DNA of 64,000 nucleotides from assembly GCA_051252135.1 (NCBI GenBank), contig JBPOGH010000003.1, forward strand, positions 1 to 64,000, read 5' to 3'. A model generated the notes under the pieces. It was not told where the DNA came from, made no database searches, and saw only the letters and a list, made by a program, of their open reading frames with translations. The stretch is from Verrucomicrobiaceae bacterium (GTDB taxonomy: Bacteria > Verrucomicrobiota > Verrucomicrobiia > Verrucomicrobiales > Akkermansiaceae). The position numbers and the translations under genes are program-made. This document shows positions 39,229 through 49,133 of the stretch, one piece after another. Every line of letters begins with the position of its first letter. The first letter of the stretch is position 1.

Positions 39229-40842
39229 TCAGCGCGGGCTCTTCTTGCCCTTTCGTTTCGTCTTCACCACGAAACACCGCTTGGCCCAGTCCTGATAAAG
39301 CGCGCCCATCGTTTTTACTTTTGCAGGCATATGCGTAGCCAGGTTATTCAATTCGCTGCGATCCACCTGCATATCGTAGAGCTCCCAGGGCTTTCCTTTC
39401 AAGGCAACGAGTTTCCACTTCCCTTGGCGCACTCCGCGATTTCCCTGATGCTCAAAGAAGATGGGTTTCGCCCTCGAGAAGGGCTTGCCCTGGAGGAGAG
39501 GAAGCAGGCTTTCACCTTCCATTGGAATAATCTCATGCCCCCTAAATGTCTTGGGATAAATGGCCCCGGAAATCTCAACGAAGGTTCTCATTAGATCAAT
39601 CAAGTGGGTCGGCTCCGTCGCGATCCGGCCATTCATCGAGGCTGCGATTCCTTTCGGCCAATGTGCGATGAGAGGAGTCGAAATGCCGCCTTCGTGGATG
39701 AAGTTCTTATACTTCCGAAAGGGGGTGTCGGAAACGTTGGCCCAGCAGGTCCCGTAGTAGACCTCGGACTCAGCAGTGCCAGCTGCTCCCTTCCCGTTGT
39801 TACTCCCCATGAGAGCCGGACCGGACTGGCCGCCATTGTCGTGCAGGAAGAGAATCAGGGTGTTTTCATAGACTCCCATCTTCTTCAAGGACGTGATGAT
39901 CTTGCCCACGTTCTGATCGACGCAGTCAATCATCGCGGCATAGACCGCCATCCTTTCGTCCTGCACCTCTCTCTCCTCATCCGAGAGCGTCTCCCAAGCA
40001 GGAATTCCCTCCCCGCGCGCGCTGAGCTTCAAAGACTCATCAATCACCCCAAGCTTCACCAATTTCCGGTAGCGATCTTCCCGAATCTCATCCCATCCGG
40101 CGAGATACTTGCCGCGATATTTTGCAATATCCCCCGGCTTTGCCTGAAGGGGAAAGTGAGGGGCATTGTATGCGAGATACCAGAAGAAGGGCTTCTTCTC
40201 CTTCACCGCATTTGCGACATACCGGATCCCCTCATCGGTAAAGGCGTCCGTGGTATACCAGCCTTCCGGGGGATCATTCTTTTTGTCGTAAATGATCTCC
40301 TTGTCCCTCACAATGTAGCGCTCTTGTTTCCACGAGGAAGGCCGGAAGAAGAAGCCGCCACCTTGCGGGCAGCCGTAGAAGTGATCGAACCCACGGCCCA
40401 AAGGCCACCACTCCCTCTGGGCATCGCCCATATGCCATTTTCCCGTGATGATGTTCTCGTATCCCTGCGGGCGGAGAACCTCGGCAATCGTGACACATCG
40501 CTCCATGAGCCGCCCCCGGAAACCGGGGTTCTCTGGACCTTCGTCCGACGTTAACAAGCCCATCCCGGCCTGATGCGCATACAGCCCCGTCATCAAACTA
40601 CTCCGCGTCGGCGAGCACCGGCTCGTATTATAAAACTGCGAAAAGCGGACGCCCTTCTTCGCCAGCCCGTCGAGATTCGGAGTCGCAATCTCACTCCCGT
40701 AACAACCCAAATCCGAGTAGCCCATATCATCCGTCATGATCACGACGATGTTGGGCTTCGCTTCCTTCGCCCCCGCAACTGAGGCCGAAACCATGCTCAA
40801 CGAAACGAGTAAAGAAATGAGCGAGGTTTTAAGATTAATCAT
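39229..40842 (-). CDS. Arylsulfatase (S1, Cys-type)
   Basis: DDMGYSDLGCYGSEI.TPNLD; CSPTRSSLMTG; NAPHFPLQA. Confidence 0.95.
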   Translation of the reverse strand: MINLKTSLISLLVSLSMVSASVAGAKEAKPNIVVIMTDDMGYSDLGCYGSEIATPNLDGLAKKGVRFSQFYNTSRCSPTRSSLMTGLYAHQAGMGLLTSDEGPENPGFRGRLMERCVTIAEVLRPQGYENIITGKWHMGDAQREWWPLGRGFDHFYGCPQGGGFFFRPSSWKQERYIVRDKEIIYDKKNDPPEGWYTTDAFTDEGIRYVANAVKEKKPFFWYLAYNAPHFPLQAKPGDIAKYRGKYLAGWDEIREDRYRKLVKLGVIDESLKLSARGEGIPAWETLSDEEREVQDERMAVYAAMIDCVDQNVGKIITSLKKMGVYENTLILFLHDNGGQSGPALMGSNNGKGAAGTAESEVYYGTCWANVSDTPFRKYKNFIHEGGISTPLIAHWPKGIAASMNGRIATEPTHLIDLMRTFVEISGAIYPKTFRGHEIIPMEGESLLPLLQGKPFSRAKPIFFEHQGNRGVRQGKWKLVALKGKPWELYDMQVDRSELNNLATHMPAKVKTMGALYQDWAKRCFVVKTKRKGKKSPR

Positions 40843-40883
40843 GAATTGAGGACGTCATGGAGGCGGACTCCAATTCAGCGAAT

Positions 40884-42362
40884 TCAGCGCGTTTTCCAAA
40901 GAACGATCTCATTGATGTCGTTCTGAGCTTCAGCGCCATCGGTGCTGCGGCCGCGTGCCACGTCAGACTCCAACTGCGCGAGTAACTTGGCCGCGACGTC
41001 GGGGTGTGACTGGTAGAGATTCTTCGTCTCACCGGGATCGGCCTCCATATCATAGAGCTGTGCCTTCGGGCTCCCTTTGGGCACTTGATTTTCTTTGGGC
41101 GAAGACCACCCACCGGAGCCCTTCGCCAGGAGCAACTTCCACTTGCCCATGCGATAAGCGAAGTGACCTGAAAAGGAATGATGAATCAATCCGGCCCGCG
41201 TCGAAATGATTGGCTTACCCGATAAGGCGGGGAGAAAACTCACGCTATCTTCGGCACTACCTGCAGGCAAGGGCTGGCCCGTGATCTCTGAGGTGGTCGC
41301 AAAGAGATCTTGTAGGCCCATCAGCTGATCGCTCGTCGAACCTGCCACGATCTGTCCGGGCCAACGGACCACGAAAGGGACACGGTGCCCGCCATCCCAG
41401 AGGTCTGCCTTCGAGCCACGAAAACCGGCACTCACGAGATGGCCCATTTTCTTTAGCTCGGGAATGTTGGCTCCTTTGGAGGTTCCATTGTCGGCAGTGA
41501 AGATGATGAGGGTGTTTTTGGTGAACCCATGCTTCTCCAGGGCGGCCATAATTTCCCCCACCCCGTCGTCGGTCTGCATCACAAAATCCGCGTGCTTATT
41601 GAGCCCACTTTTCCCCTGCCATTCCTTGGTCGGAACAACCGGTGAGTGAGGCGAGCCGTAAGGCACGTAGAGAAAGAACGGAGTCTCTTTATCGGTGGAT
41701 CGCCGGTCGATATACTCAACCGCCTTCCGGGTCAGTCGCGGCAACATGTGGATCTCCTCTTCGTGAGTAATCACGGTGTCGTTTTCGATCACGCCCTTCA
41801 TGTCACCGGCATGGTGGAAGCCGTGATAGTAATCGAAGCCCCGGGTGAGTGGGCCATCGGGAATTTTACTTCCGACGGGTGCGAGGGTTCCTCTTTTTGC
41901 ATTCCCTTTTCGTTTCAGGATTTTACCTGTATCCGGATCGGCATACTGGAAGTCGAGATGCCACTTGCCGACGATCCCGGTGTGATATCCCTGCGCTTGC
42001 AGAAAGCTCGCCACCGTTGGTCGATCTTTCACAATGAGGTTCGGGTCGAAGCCTTGAACCACCCCTTTTTGCAAGGTCGTCCGCCAGCTGTAGCGCCCGG
42101 TCATGAGCCCGTATCGAGTGGGCGTGCAAACGGAAGAACCGGAATGTGCATCGGTAAAGATCATTCCCTCACGCGCGAGCTGATCCACCGACGGGGTTTT
42201 GATTTTTCCGTTTTTCGGATTCAGAATCTGGATGTCTCCATAGCCAAGATCATCGGCCATGATAAAAACGATGTTCGGCTGTGATCCTGCAAAAAGAGCC
42301 GCCACCGAAGCGACTGATGCCAACAAGGAAGCGAGTGAGGTTTTGTAGAATGATCCCTTCAT
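40884..42362 (-). CDS. Arylsulfatase (S1, Cys-type)
   Basis: ADDLGYGD; CTPTRYGLMTGRY; GKWHL; DGGHRVP. Confidence 0.95.
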   Translation of the reverse strand: MKGSFYKTSLASLLASVASVAALFAGSQPNIVFIMADDLGYGDIQILNPKNGKIKTPSVDQLAREGMIFTDAHSGSSVCTPTRYGLMTGRYSWRTTLQKGVVQGFDPNLIVKDRPTVASFLQAQGYHTGIVGKWHLDFQYADPDTGKILKRKGNAKRGTLAPVGSKIPDGPLTRGFDYYHGFHHAGDMKGVIENDTVITHEEEIHMLPRLTRKAVEYIDRRSTDKETPFFLYVPYGSPHSPVVPTKEWQGKSGLNKHADFVMQTDDGVGEIMAALEKHGFTKNTLIIFTADNGTSKGANIPELKKMGHLVSAGFRGSKADLWDGGHRVPFVVRWPGQIVAGSTSDQLMGLQDLFATTSEITGQPLPAGSAEDSVSFLPALSGKPIISTRAGLIHHSFSGHFAYRMGKWKLLLAKGSGGWSSPKENQVPKGSPKAQLYDMEADPGETKNLYQSHPDVAAKLLAQLESDVARGRSTDGAEAQNDINEIVLWKTR

Positions 42363-42380
42363 GATTTTTAAAAGTGTTCC

Positions 42381-43940
42381 TCAGTTTGCGAACGACAGCA
42401 CGACCTTATCCAGAATCGGCTTCGATTTGTTGTCGGTGGTATCCGTTATACGAACTTCAAACTGAAAGCCGTAGCCTTTTGGCAACCTGGAGAGGTCCAT
42501 CGTTGCGGAGGTCTTTTGAATCTGCTTCGCGAAGCCTGGAGTGTAGTCGTATCGCTCTTTCACCATCTGCCAATCGGACCATTGGTCTATTCTCGCATCG
42601 TTGTCGGTATCAACTCCGACCCGCACCTCGACGGTGTCGACCCATGGGCCGGGACTCACAAAATCCTTCGCGGTTTGCGTCGCGATGTAGAAACGTCCCT
42701 CGGCAAAGATGATGTCCGGATCCGGATGCCCTTGGCCAATGTTGCCACACCACTCGAAGGGTCCGTCAATGCTCGAGGCTGTGAACCAGCCCACACTCAT
42801 GGACTGCTTTCCATGCCCACCGATCGGGTCAAAATCGCAAAAAAGGTAGTGCTGCCCGCCGATCGCGATTGCAGCCCAATCGCCATAAGCATTTTGCTCG
42901 GGATCGTGGATTTCATACTCCCCAAAGGCGATCATCTCCCCTGCTTTGATCCGGTGCTGGGGAACATCAACCGGTGCCGGCTTGGCAGGGTAATTCTTGG
43001 GATCATCCCGGTGCCAGTGTGGATGGGGATACTCGGCAAACTTACCCGTCGGCTTCGTCCGTTCATCGACAGGCGGCGCCAGAATCTTAAAATCCTTCAT
43101 CCCATCCTCACTCACCGCATGCATCGCCAGCGGAGAATCCCAGGCATGGGTCGAGGCATTGATCGGGCTCCAATCCTCGAGAATGAGGTGAAATTTTCCG
43201 TCCAAACCACGAATGATGGCCGAGTCCGATCCATCCGATGGATCCTTGAAGGCCATCCCCATTTCTTCGCCGGCAAGACCATCGGTGAGATCGTGATCAA
43301 TCACGAGATGCGGGTCCTGGTCATTCGGGAAATCATAATAGATGTAAGCTTTCCCATCGACAAACTCCGCCGAAGTCACACACCCGCGCTTGGTCACCTG
43401 TCCGTGGTGCACCCAGTTAACCATATCCCGACTCTGCCAGGCGTGGTAGCCGCCCTTGCTTTTCTTGAGCCCCCCCGGTGCCTTGAATTCATTCTGAACC
43501 GGGGTGGTGAGCAAGGGAATCTTGAAGCCATCCAGGGTCGCTGGCTTCGCTTCAAACACCGCCGCCTTCTTCCCTTTTTCCCGCTTCTCGCGATACACCG
43601 CAAACATCCAGTGGTTATCCGGCCCCAGACTCAGCAGAACCGGCGCATCGCCCATACTCGCCGTTCCCACATTCGCCGTTGCTTCCCAATTGAGCCAAAC
43701 CGGCGACTGCTCGAAAGTGATCGACTCTGCCGAGCGCTGTTCGTCGAAGCTCTTCATCGAGCTTTGAAACGTCGCCTCATTTCCCGTCGGCGAAGCCATC
43801 CCGTCTCTCAACTCAAGCCGGACTTTCGAGGCGATGCTTTGCTCCCACTCTTCGTCGGTATCAATCGTCCACGTTGTCGATTCTGCAAGACCCGCTGTGG
43901 TCGTCAAAATCAGAAGAGATCGAATCAAGGTAACTTTCAT
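42381..43940 (-). CDS. Secreted probable beta-propeller glycoside hydrolase (GH43/32/117-like)
   Basis: Signal peptide; DAPV; WQSRDMVNWVHHG; DP.DGSD; GHPDPDI; lies directly upstream of two sulfatases on the same strand. Confidence 0.55.
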   Translation of the reverse strand: MKVTLIRSLLILTTTAGLAESTTWTIDTDEEWEQSIASKVRLELRDGMASPTGNEATFQSSMKSFDEQRSAESITFEQSPVWLNWEATANVGTASMGDAPVLLSLGPDNHWMFAVYREKREKGKKAAVFEAKPATLDGFKIPLLTTPVQNEFKAPGGLKKSKGGYHAWQSRDMVNWVHHGQVTKRGCVTSAEFVDGKAYIYYDFPNDQDPHLVIDHDLTDGLAGEEMGMAFKDPSDGSDSAIIRGLDGKFHLILEDWSPINASTHAWDSPLAMHAVSEDGMKDFKILAPPVDERTKPTGKFAEYPHPHWHRDDPKNYPAKPAPVDVPQHRIKAGEMIAFGEYEIHDPEQNAYGDWAAIAIGGQHYLFCDFDPIGGHGKQSMSVGWFTASSIDGPFEWCGNIGQGHPDPDIIFAEGRFYIATQTAKDFVSPGPWVDTVEVRVGVDTDNDARIDQWSDWQMVKERYDYTPGFAKQIQKTSATMDLSRLPKGYGFQFEVRITDTTDNKSKPILDKVVLSFAN

Positions 43941-44117
43941 GAATCTAAAAAGCTACCGGGGAAGAGTCCCAACTCAAGAATCAATGCACCAAACCGGACG
44001 CCTGATCTGGAAACCGGACGGTTGGTCAGCGGAGCACTCTCATGCCAATCCCGCCACCATCTACCGATAGCGGAATCGAAGTCAGTTAGCAGCACAATTT
44101 GCCAATGCCCGAACACG

Positions 44118-44149
44118 AAAAAATCCTCCCCATTGATGAGGAAGATTTT
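44118..44149 (-). terminator. Intrinsic terminator of the small basic protein gene
   Basis: Minus strand AAAATCTTCCTC-loop-GGGGAGGATTTTTT (with G-U pairs). Confidence 0.6.
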
Positions 44150-44206
44150 AGAAAGGAGCTGCGGAAAAGGCAGCCTGAGGAATCTGACCAAGAAATCCGA
44201 ATGGGA

Positions 44207-44410
44207 TTACTTGGCAGCGCACTCCTTGGCCACTTTGGCAGGATACTTCAGCTTGTCGCGAACATCTTTGGGATTCATGACAGCCACCACAGCTTCATCC
44301 ATACCCAATGCGATGAGACGCTTCCGATGATCGGCTTGGCGCTTGTTTCTCGCTGAATGGGACTTCGTGGGACGATTTCTGTTTTTGTTGCGTGCTTGTG
44401 TTGAAGCCAT
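44207..44410 (-). CDS. Small basic hypothetical protein (67 aa)
   Basis: K/R-rich ORF with AGGA upstream and its own terminator. Confidence 0.75.
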   Translation of the reverse strand: MASTQARNKNRNRPTKSHSARNKRQADHRKRLIALGMDEAVVAVMNPKDVRDKLKYPAKVAKECAAK

Positions 44411-44636
44411 GATCGTAGTTGTTTCCTAACTAAAAGAAGGTGAAACGCTCCGTTCGATTGGCTAGGTCAATCTCAGGAACGCAGCCTACTTAGGTTCGAT
44501 GACGGTCTGGGTCAACTGGAATTCTAACCCAAACAGGCTGAAAACAAGGTCGAAAGCGCTGGTGAATATCAATAAAGATTAAAAATTAGGGTCGTCGAAT
44601 CACCGTCGACTGAGTCATTTCCACCTCGCCCGACCC

Positions 44637-44864
44637 TCAGCGAAACGGATGCTCTTCGACATTTCGATCCCTCTCATATTCCCGCCAAGCGGCTTTTGAT
44701 TGGGCATTGCTCCAGTCGGAATTATCGATTCCCGGTGAAATTCGACTGAGGGGAATGACCGCCCCGGGAACCGCCTCATCGTCAATCGTGTGACTGCATG
44801 ACATCAGTGCCCCGAAAGCCGGCAGCGTCAGGATCCCCTTGAGATGTTGAATGATTATTCTCAT
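44637..44864 (-). CDS. Small putative lipoprotein
   Basis: Hydrophobic stretch ending LMSC. Confidence 0.45.
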   Translation of the reverse strand: MRIIIQHLKGILTLPAFGALMSCSHTIDDEAVPGAVIPLSRISPGIDNSDWSNAQSKAAWREYERDRNVEEHPFR

Positions 44865-45010
44865 TAGAAGGAAGTCAGACTCCTCTCCCGCAGACGACAA
44901 GCAGATTTTCATTGTTCCTTGGGGCAGCCACAGGCCTCTTTCCCCTTCAACGAAGCAAAGCCCACCCTTCGTGGTTGCCCGGCCAGCGGGATGTCGTATC
45001 TTCCTGCCTG

Positions 45011-46426
45011 ATGAGTTATTCACGTCGTCGTCTATTACAGGGAAGCCTTGCAGGCGGAGCCACCGGATTATTAGCCAGCCTCGGGAGGGCTCAAGATCAG
45101 GAAAGGCCCAAAGATTCCGGAACCGGAAAGAAGCCGCGCGGAATTATTTTCTGCGTCTCGGATGGCATGAGCCAGGGCGTCCTCTCAATGACCGAAGCCT
45201 TTTCCAATCAAATCCGTGGCCAGAGCACCGCGTGGTGGCAGTTGTTGGCGAATAGCGAAGCGGCCCTCGGATTAATGGACACCGCGTCCTCCAGCTCCCT
45301 CGTCACCGATTCCGCAGCCGCCTCCTCCGCCTGGAGTTCCGGAAAACGCATCCCGAATGGCCAAATCAATTTCGACGACAACGGCAAACGATTGGAGTCC
45401 ATCGGCGAGACCCTCGAGAAGAGCCGCGTCCGTCTTGGCCTGGTTTCGACCGCCAGCATCACCCATGCCACTCCGGCCGGCTTCGCGGCTTCCGTTATCA
45501 AACGGGGACAAGAGGATCGCATCGCCCCCCAATACCTCAACCGCGTCGACGTCATCCTCGGAGGAGGATCCAAGTTCTTCGACCCCAAGACGAGAAAGGA
45601 TAAAAAGGACCTTTTCGGTACTTTCGCGAAGGAAAACTACGACGTCGTCAACACGAGAGACGACCTCTTGAAATCAAAATCAAAGAAGATCCTCGGCACC
45701 TTCTCTCCCGGATACATCCCCTACACCATCGACCGCGATCAGGATGCCAACATGCAGAAGATCGTTCCAACCCTCTCCGAGATGAGTGAAGCAGCCCTCG
45801 CGCGCTTCCTGGATGATGACGCACCCTTCCTGCTCCAGGTCGAAGGCGCTCGCATCGACCATGCCGCCCACAAAAATGACATCGGTGCCATCTTGCACGA
45901 GCAAATGGCCTTCGATGATGCCGTCGCAAAAATCCTCACCATGACTGGCGGCCATGATGACATCCTCGTCATTTTGACCAGCGACCACGGCAATGCCAAC
46001 CCCGGCCTCAATGGCACCGGAGCCGCTTATCGTCAGACCAACGATCACTTTGCCAAAATTGCCCGAATCAAGGGATCCGCCGAAACCTTCCTCGATCGCT
46101 GGAAACGGACCAAAAACAAATCCGCCGGGGAGATGAGCCAACTGATGGAAGCAACCTACGGGTTCAAACCATCGCCTCCGGAACTAGAGGCCATCATGGA
46201 CCTGACTGCAGGAAAAAATGTCACCGAATGGAGCCACCAACTCTCAAATCCCGTCGGCCTTCTCGGACAAATCGTCGGAAACGTCACCGGAGTTGGCTGG
46301 ACCGGAATCTGCCACACCTCCGACCCCACCCAGCTTACCGCCATCGGCCCCGGTGCAAAGGAATTCGCTGGTCTCATTAGAAACGACTCCGTCCGCGACC
46401 GCCTCCTCGGCCTCCTTTTAGGCTAA
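45011..46426 (+). CDS. Alkaline phosphatase (PhoA family) with Tat-like signal
   Basis: SRRRLL; DGMS; VTDSAAA; HATPA; EGARIDHAAH; SDHG. Confidence 0.92.
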   Translation: MSYSRRRLLQGSLAGGATGLLASLGRAQDQERPKDSGTGKKPRGIIFCVSDGMSQGVLSMTEAFSNQIRGQSTAWWQLLANSEAALGLMDTASSSSLVTDSAAASSAWSSGKRIPNGQINFDDNGKRLESIGETLEKSRVRLGLVSTASITHATPAGFAASVIKRGQEDRIAPQYLNRVDVILGGGSKFFDPKTRKDKKDLFGTFAKENYDVVNTRDDLLKSKSKKILGTFSPGYIPYTIDRDQDANMQKIVPTLSEMSEAALARFLDDDAPFLLQVEGARIDHAAHKNDIGAILHEQMAFDDAVAKILTMTGGHDDILVILTSDHGNANPGLNGTGAAYRQTNDHFAKIARIKGSAETFLDRWKRTKNKSAGEMSQLMEATYGFKPSPPELEAIMDLTAGKNVTEWSHQLSNPVGLLGQIVGNVTGVGWTGICHTSDPTQLTAIGPGAKEFAGLIRNDSVRDRLLGLLLG

Positions 46427-46539
46427 AATTGGGCGATTCCCCTCGAAAGCTTGGCTTGATCCTATCGCCGGTTCGCTCGAAACGTCCTGAAAGGACACTA
46501 TTTTCTTTAAATTCCAGTAGGTTGAATTATCAACCTTCC

Positions 46540-47223
46540 ATGAATTTGAAAATCTCGCTCACCCTCATTGTCGCAACCGTTTCTTTTTGTGATCTTGGCG
46601 CGGCAACCTTGTTCACCCAATCGGGATCACAAACCGAAACCTTGGGAAATGACGGAACAACCTTGGTCGATACAACGACGGATATCGGTGACTGGATCAC
46701 GGCAGGCGGATACGATACAGGCTCTGGAACCGCTCCCCTCTACTTCACCGCTACGATTAATGTGACAAACAATCTCGGTGAAAACGGAGGCGGGGGATTC
46801 TTCCATGGTGTCCAATTGTATAAAGGAGGAGAACGTTTTGCCATAGGGAATAACTGGTTCAGTGTGAACTGGGGTGGCTTCAAGGGGCCGGGTGACTTCG
46901 ACCTCACTGGAAGCACGCCAATCACCCTAAACAACCCCGTTAATCTTGTTTACAAAGTCGATCAAGCTTCGGACGCCATCACGATCTGGTTGAATCCGGA
47001 TCTTGGCCTGACCGAGGCCGGGCAAGCCGCAGGATCAGTCACAGCGTTGACTGGCTTGGGGACTAACGACGAGTTTGAGGCAGTGAACGTCCGTGGAAAC
47101 GGATCAACGACCTTCAGCGGCATTACCATCGGAACCGACTCTCCTTTCGCCGCAGTTCCAGAGCCTGGATCGGCTCTCTTGACCGCACTTGGAGGATTGG
47201 TTCTTCTGCGCAGGAAGCGCTAG
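46540..47223 (+). CDS. PEP-CTERM sorting domain protein
   Basis: Signal peptide; VPEPGSALLTALGGLVLLRRKR. Confidence 0.93.
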   Translation: MNLKISLTLIVATVSFCDLGAATLFTQSGSQTETLGNDGTTLVDTTTDIGDWITAGGYDTGSGTAPLYFTATINVTNNLGENGGGGFFHGVQLYKGGERFAIGNNWFSVNWGGFKGPGDFDLTGSTPITLNNPVNLVYKVDQASDAITIWLNPDLGLTEAGQAAGSVTALTGLGTNDEFEAVNVRGNGSTTFSGITIGTDSPFAAVPEPGSALLTALGGLVLLRRKR

Positions 47224-47400
47224 GACACTACGTCCCCAACTCCCTTGGGACGACGGTTTCACCCCTCGCTGATCCTCACCGATTTATCTCTGCGATATCG
47301 TCACGGTTCTTCTCTTCCAATCCTTGGTAAATCGGGAGCCCGCAAGATTCAGGGGTGGAGCTCCCCCTCCACCAAGACTTCAGCCTTCCCTATCCAAATC

Positions 47401-48891
47401 CTACTGCTCGGGGTTCGGCCCTTCATCCTCGATCTCGGGAAACTCCGGATAGACCGGTGCCAAATCCTTCAGAGTGGGCTTCGACAACTCTCTCTCCTCC
47501 GGCTCATTCACCACCGGAGTCTCTTCCTCCCCCAACATCCCGCGCAGTTCCCTCTTCACCTTTTGCACCGCATAGTAGCGCTTCCGCGCTTTCTTGATCG
47601 CCTGCACACTCTCAGTGATCCCCTTCGGATTCGGCTTCCAGTTGTCCCGCGTCGATCCCTTCAGTTGATTCTCCAAAAGACTCTCCGCTACCGCATAGTC
47701 CGTAATCAATTGATCGGATTCCTTCGCCCAAATCCCCGCATTGTAATACATCGAGGACAAACTCACCTGATCGCCAAACCGCTTCGCCTCCTCCAGCTTG
47801 GCCGAATAGGACTGATGCACATCCTTTAGCTTCTGCGCCGCCACCTCCTGCGCCTCGATCAACGAGTCGATCTCCTTCAACATCTTCACCAGATCACGAT
47901 TGACCATCAACTTGTCATCCTTCCTCCCCCTCAACCCTTCGCTCGCCTCACGGAAGGCCCGGTCGTGTTTCTGATTCCACCGCTTCACCGAAACAACCCC
48001 TTCGGAACCCCAAATGGATTCCACCCGGCGGTTGAACTTCTCCTTCGCCTCAGCCGAAAGATGGTAAAGGTTGCTGTCACTGTCCGCAATCGCATCGCTC
48101 GTCAGCACCTGCCCGTCGGGCACTCCGAAAATATTCCTCGTCCGGTCCGACGTCACCTCTCCCGATCCGCCAAATTGATCCCAGAAAAACTGCGAATAAC
48201 CAACCAGCGAAATCAACATCGACTGCGCCTGCTGCACCTTGTCATCCGGATCCGGAGTAATCCCGAACCCATGCTCCACCGCACTTTTTAAAAGGGGCAA
48301 CTTCAGCGCCAACTGAAACTCCTCCTTCGATGATTTCGAGCGACGCGAATTCATCGCGTCCCCCAACAACTTCTCCGCCTTCTCCCTCGTCTCAAGAGCC
48401 TGCAGCTCCGCCTCCGCCTCCATCACCTTTTTCCCATATTCCAGCTTCAAATCATCAGTGTAAGTCTGACGCCTTTCCAAAATGTCCTCCCATGCCTTCC
48501 GACCCTTATCCGCCAGCTCCCCCACTCCCTCATAGGCCTCCTTGAGCGACTCCCGGGTCACCGTTACGTCCTTCCCCAATCCGCCCAGACTCTGGATCGC
48601 CCCTTGCACCCGCGCCGCCTGGCTGCGCTCCCATTTCGCCTTCGCCCGCTGCTCAATCAGGGCCTTCCGCATCGCCATTTTTTCCTTCGGGTCGGTATCA
48701 GGCTCACTCAGAAATTCCTGATATCCCTCCACTAAAATTTGCGCCTCATCCGCCACCGCAAGCGATGCTTCCTTCTGATCCATCAGGGCTGCGGTCAAAG
48801 GCGCATACATCGGATCGGCGCCCAAGGGGCTTACCGAAAATCCAAGCACCAACGCCAAACTTACTGATCCAAATGTTCGTGGGGTTTTCAT
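47401..48891 (-). CDS. Secreted coiled-coil hypothetical protein
   Basis: Signal peptide; long E/K/A/L-rich helical stretches. Confidence 0.75.
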   Translation of the reverse strand: MKTPRTFGSVSLALVLGFSVSPLGADPMYAPLTAALMDQKEASLAVADEAQILVEGYQEFLSEPDTDPKEKMAMRKALIEQRAKAKWERSQAARVQGAIQSLGGLGKDVTVTRESLKEAYEGVGELADKGRKAWEDILERRQTYTDDLKLEYGKKVMEAEAELQALETREKAEKLLGDAMNSRRSKSSKEEFQLALKLPLLKSAVEHGFGITPDPDDKVQQAQSMLISLVGYSQFFWDQFGGSGEVTSDRTRNIFGVPDGQVLTSDAIADSDSNLYHLSAEAKEKFNRRVESIWGSEGVVSVKRWNQKHDRAFREASEGLRGRKDDKLMVNRDLVKMLKEIDSLIEAQEVAAQKLKDVHQSYSAKLEEAKRFGDQVSLSSMYYNAGIWAKESDQLITDYAVAESLLENQLKGSTRDNWKPNPKGITESVQAIKKARKRYYAVQKVKRELRGMLGEEETPVVNEPEERELSKPTLKDLAPVYPEFPEIEDEGPNPEQ

Positions 48892-49071
48892 CTTTTTTGA
48901 TCTTAAATGAAGCTCACCTGCAAGGCAGGAAAACGGGCACCGACGGAGAATTCTCCGTCATACCCGACTACACTACGCTCATCCGTTCACCAAAATTTCG
49001 CTACTTCCCTGAACTTCAAGCCATTTCCTCCATCTGACACCTCCCCATCACCCCCTGATTCCCCAATCCCC

Positions 49072-49113
49072 AAATAAAATCGGGGCGGTCCGCTTTCGCA
49101 GATCCGCCCCGAT
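49072..49113 (-). terminator. Intrinsic terminator
   Basis: ATCGGGGCGG..CCGCCCCGAT with T-rich tail on the minus strand. Confidence 0.75.
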
Positions 49114-49133
49114 GGAATAAATAGGAAAGACGC

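Noticed and set aside
46484..46500. GGACA(C/T)T motif near several promoters (1874, 33624, 46493)
   Set aside because: Too short, with inconsistent position; also occurs downstream of a gene (47223)
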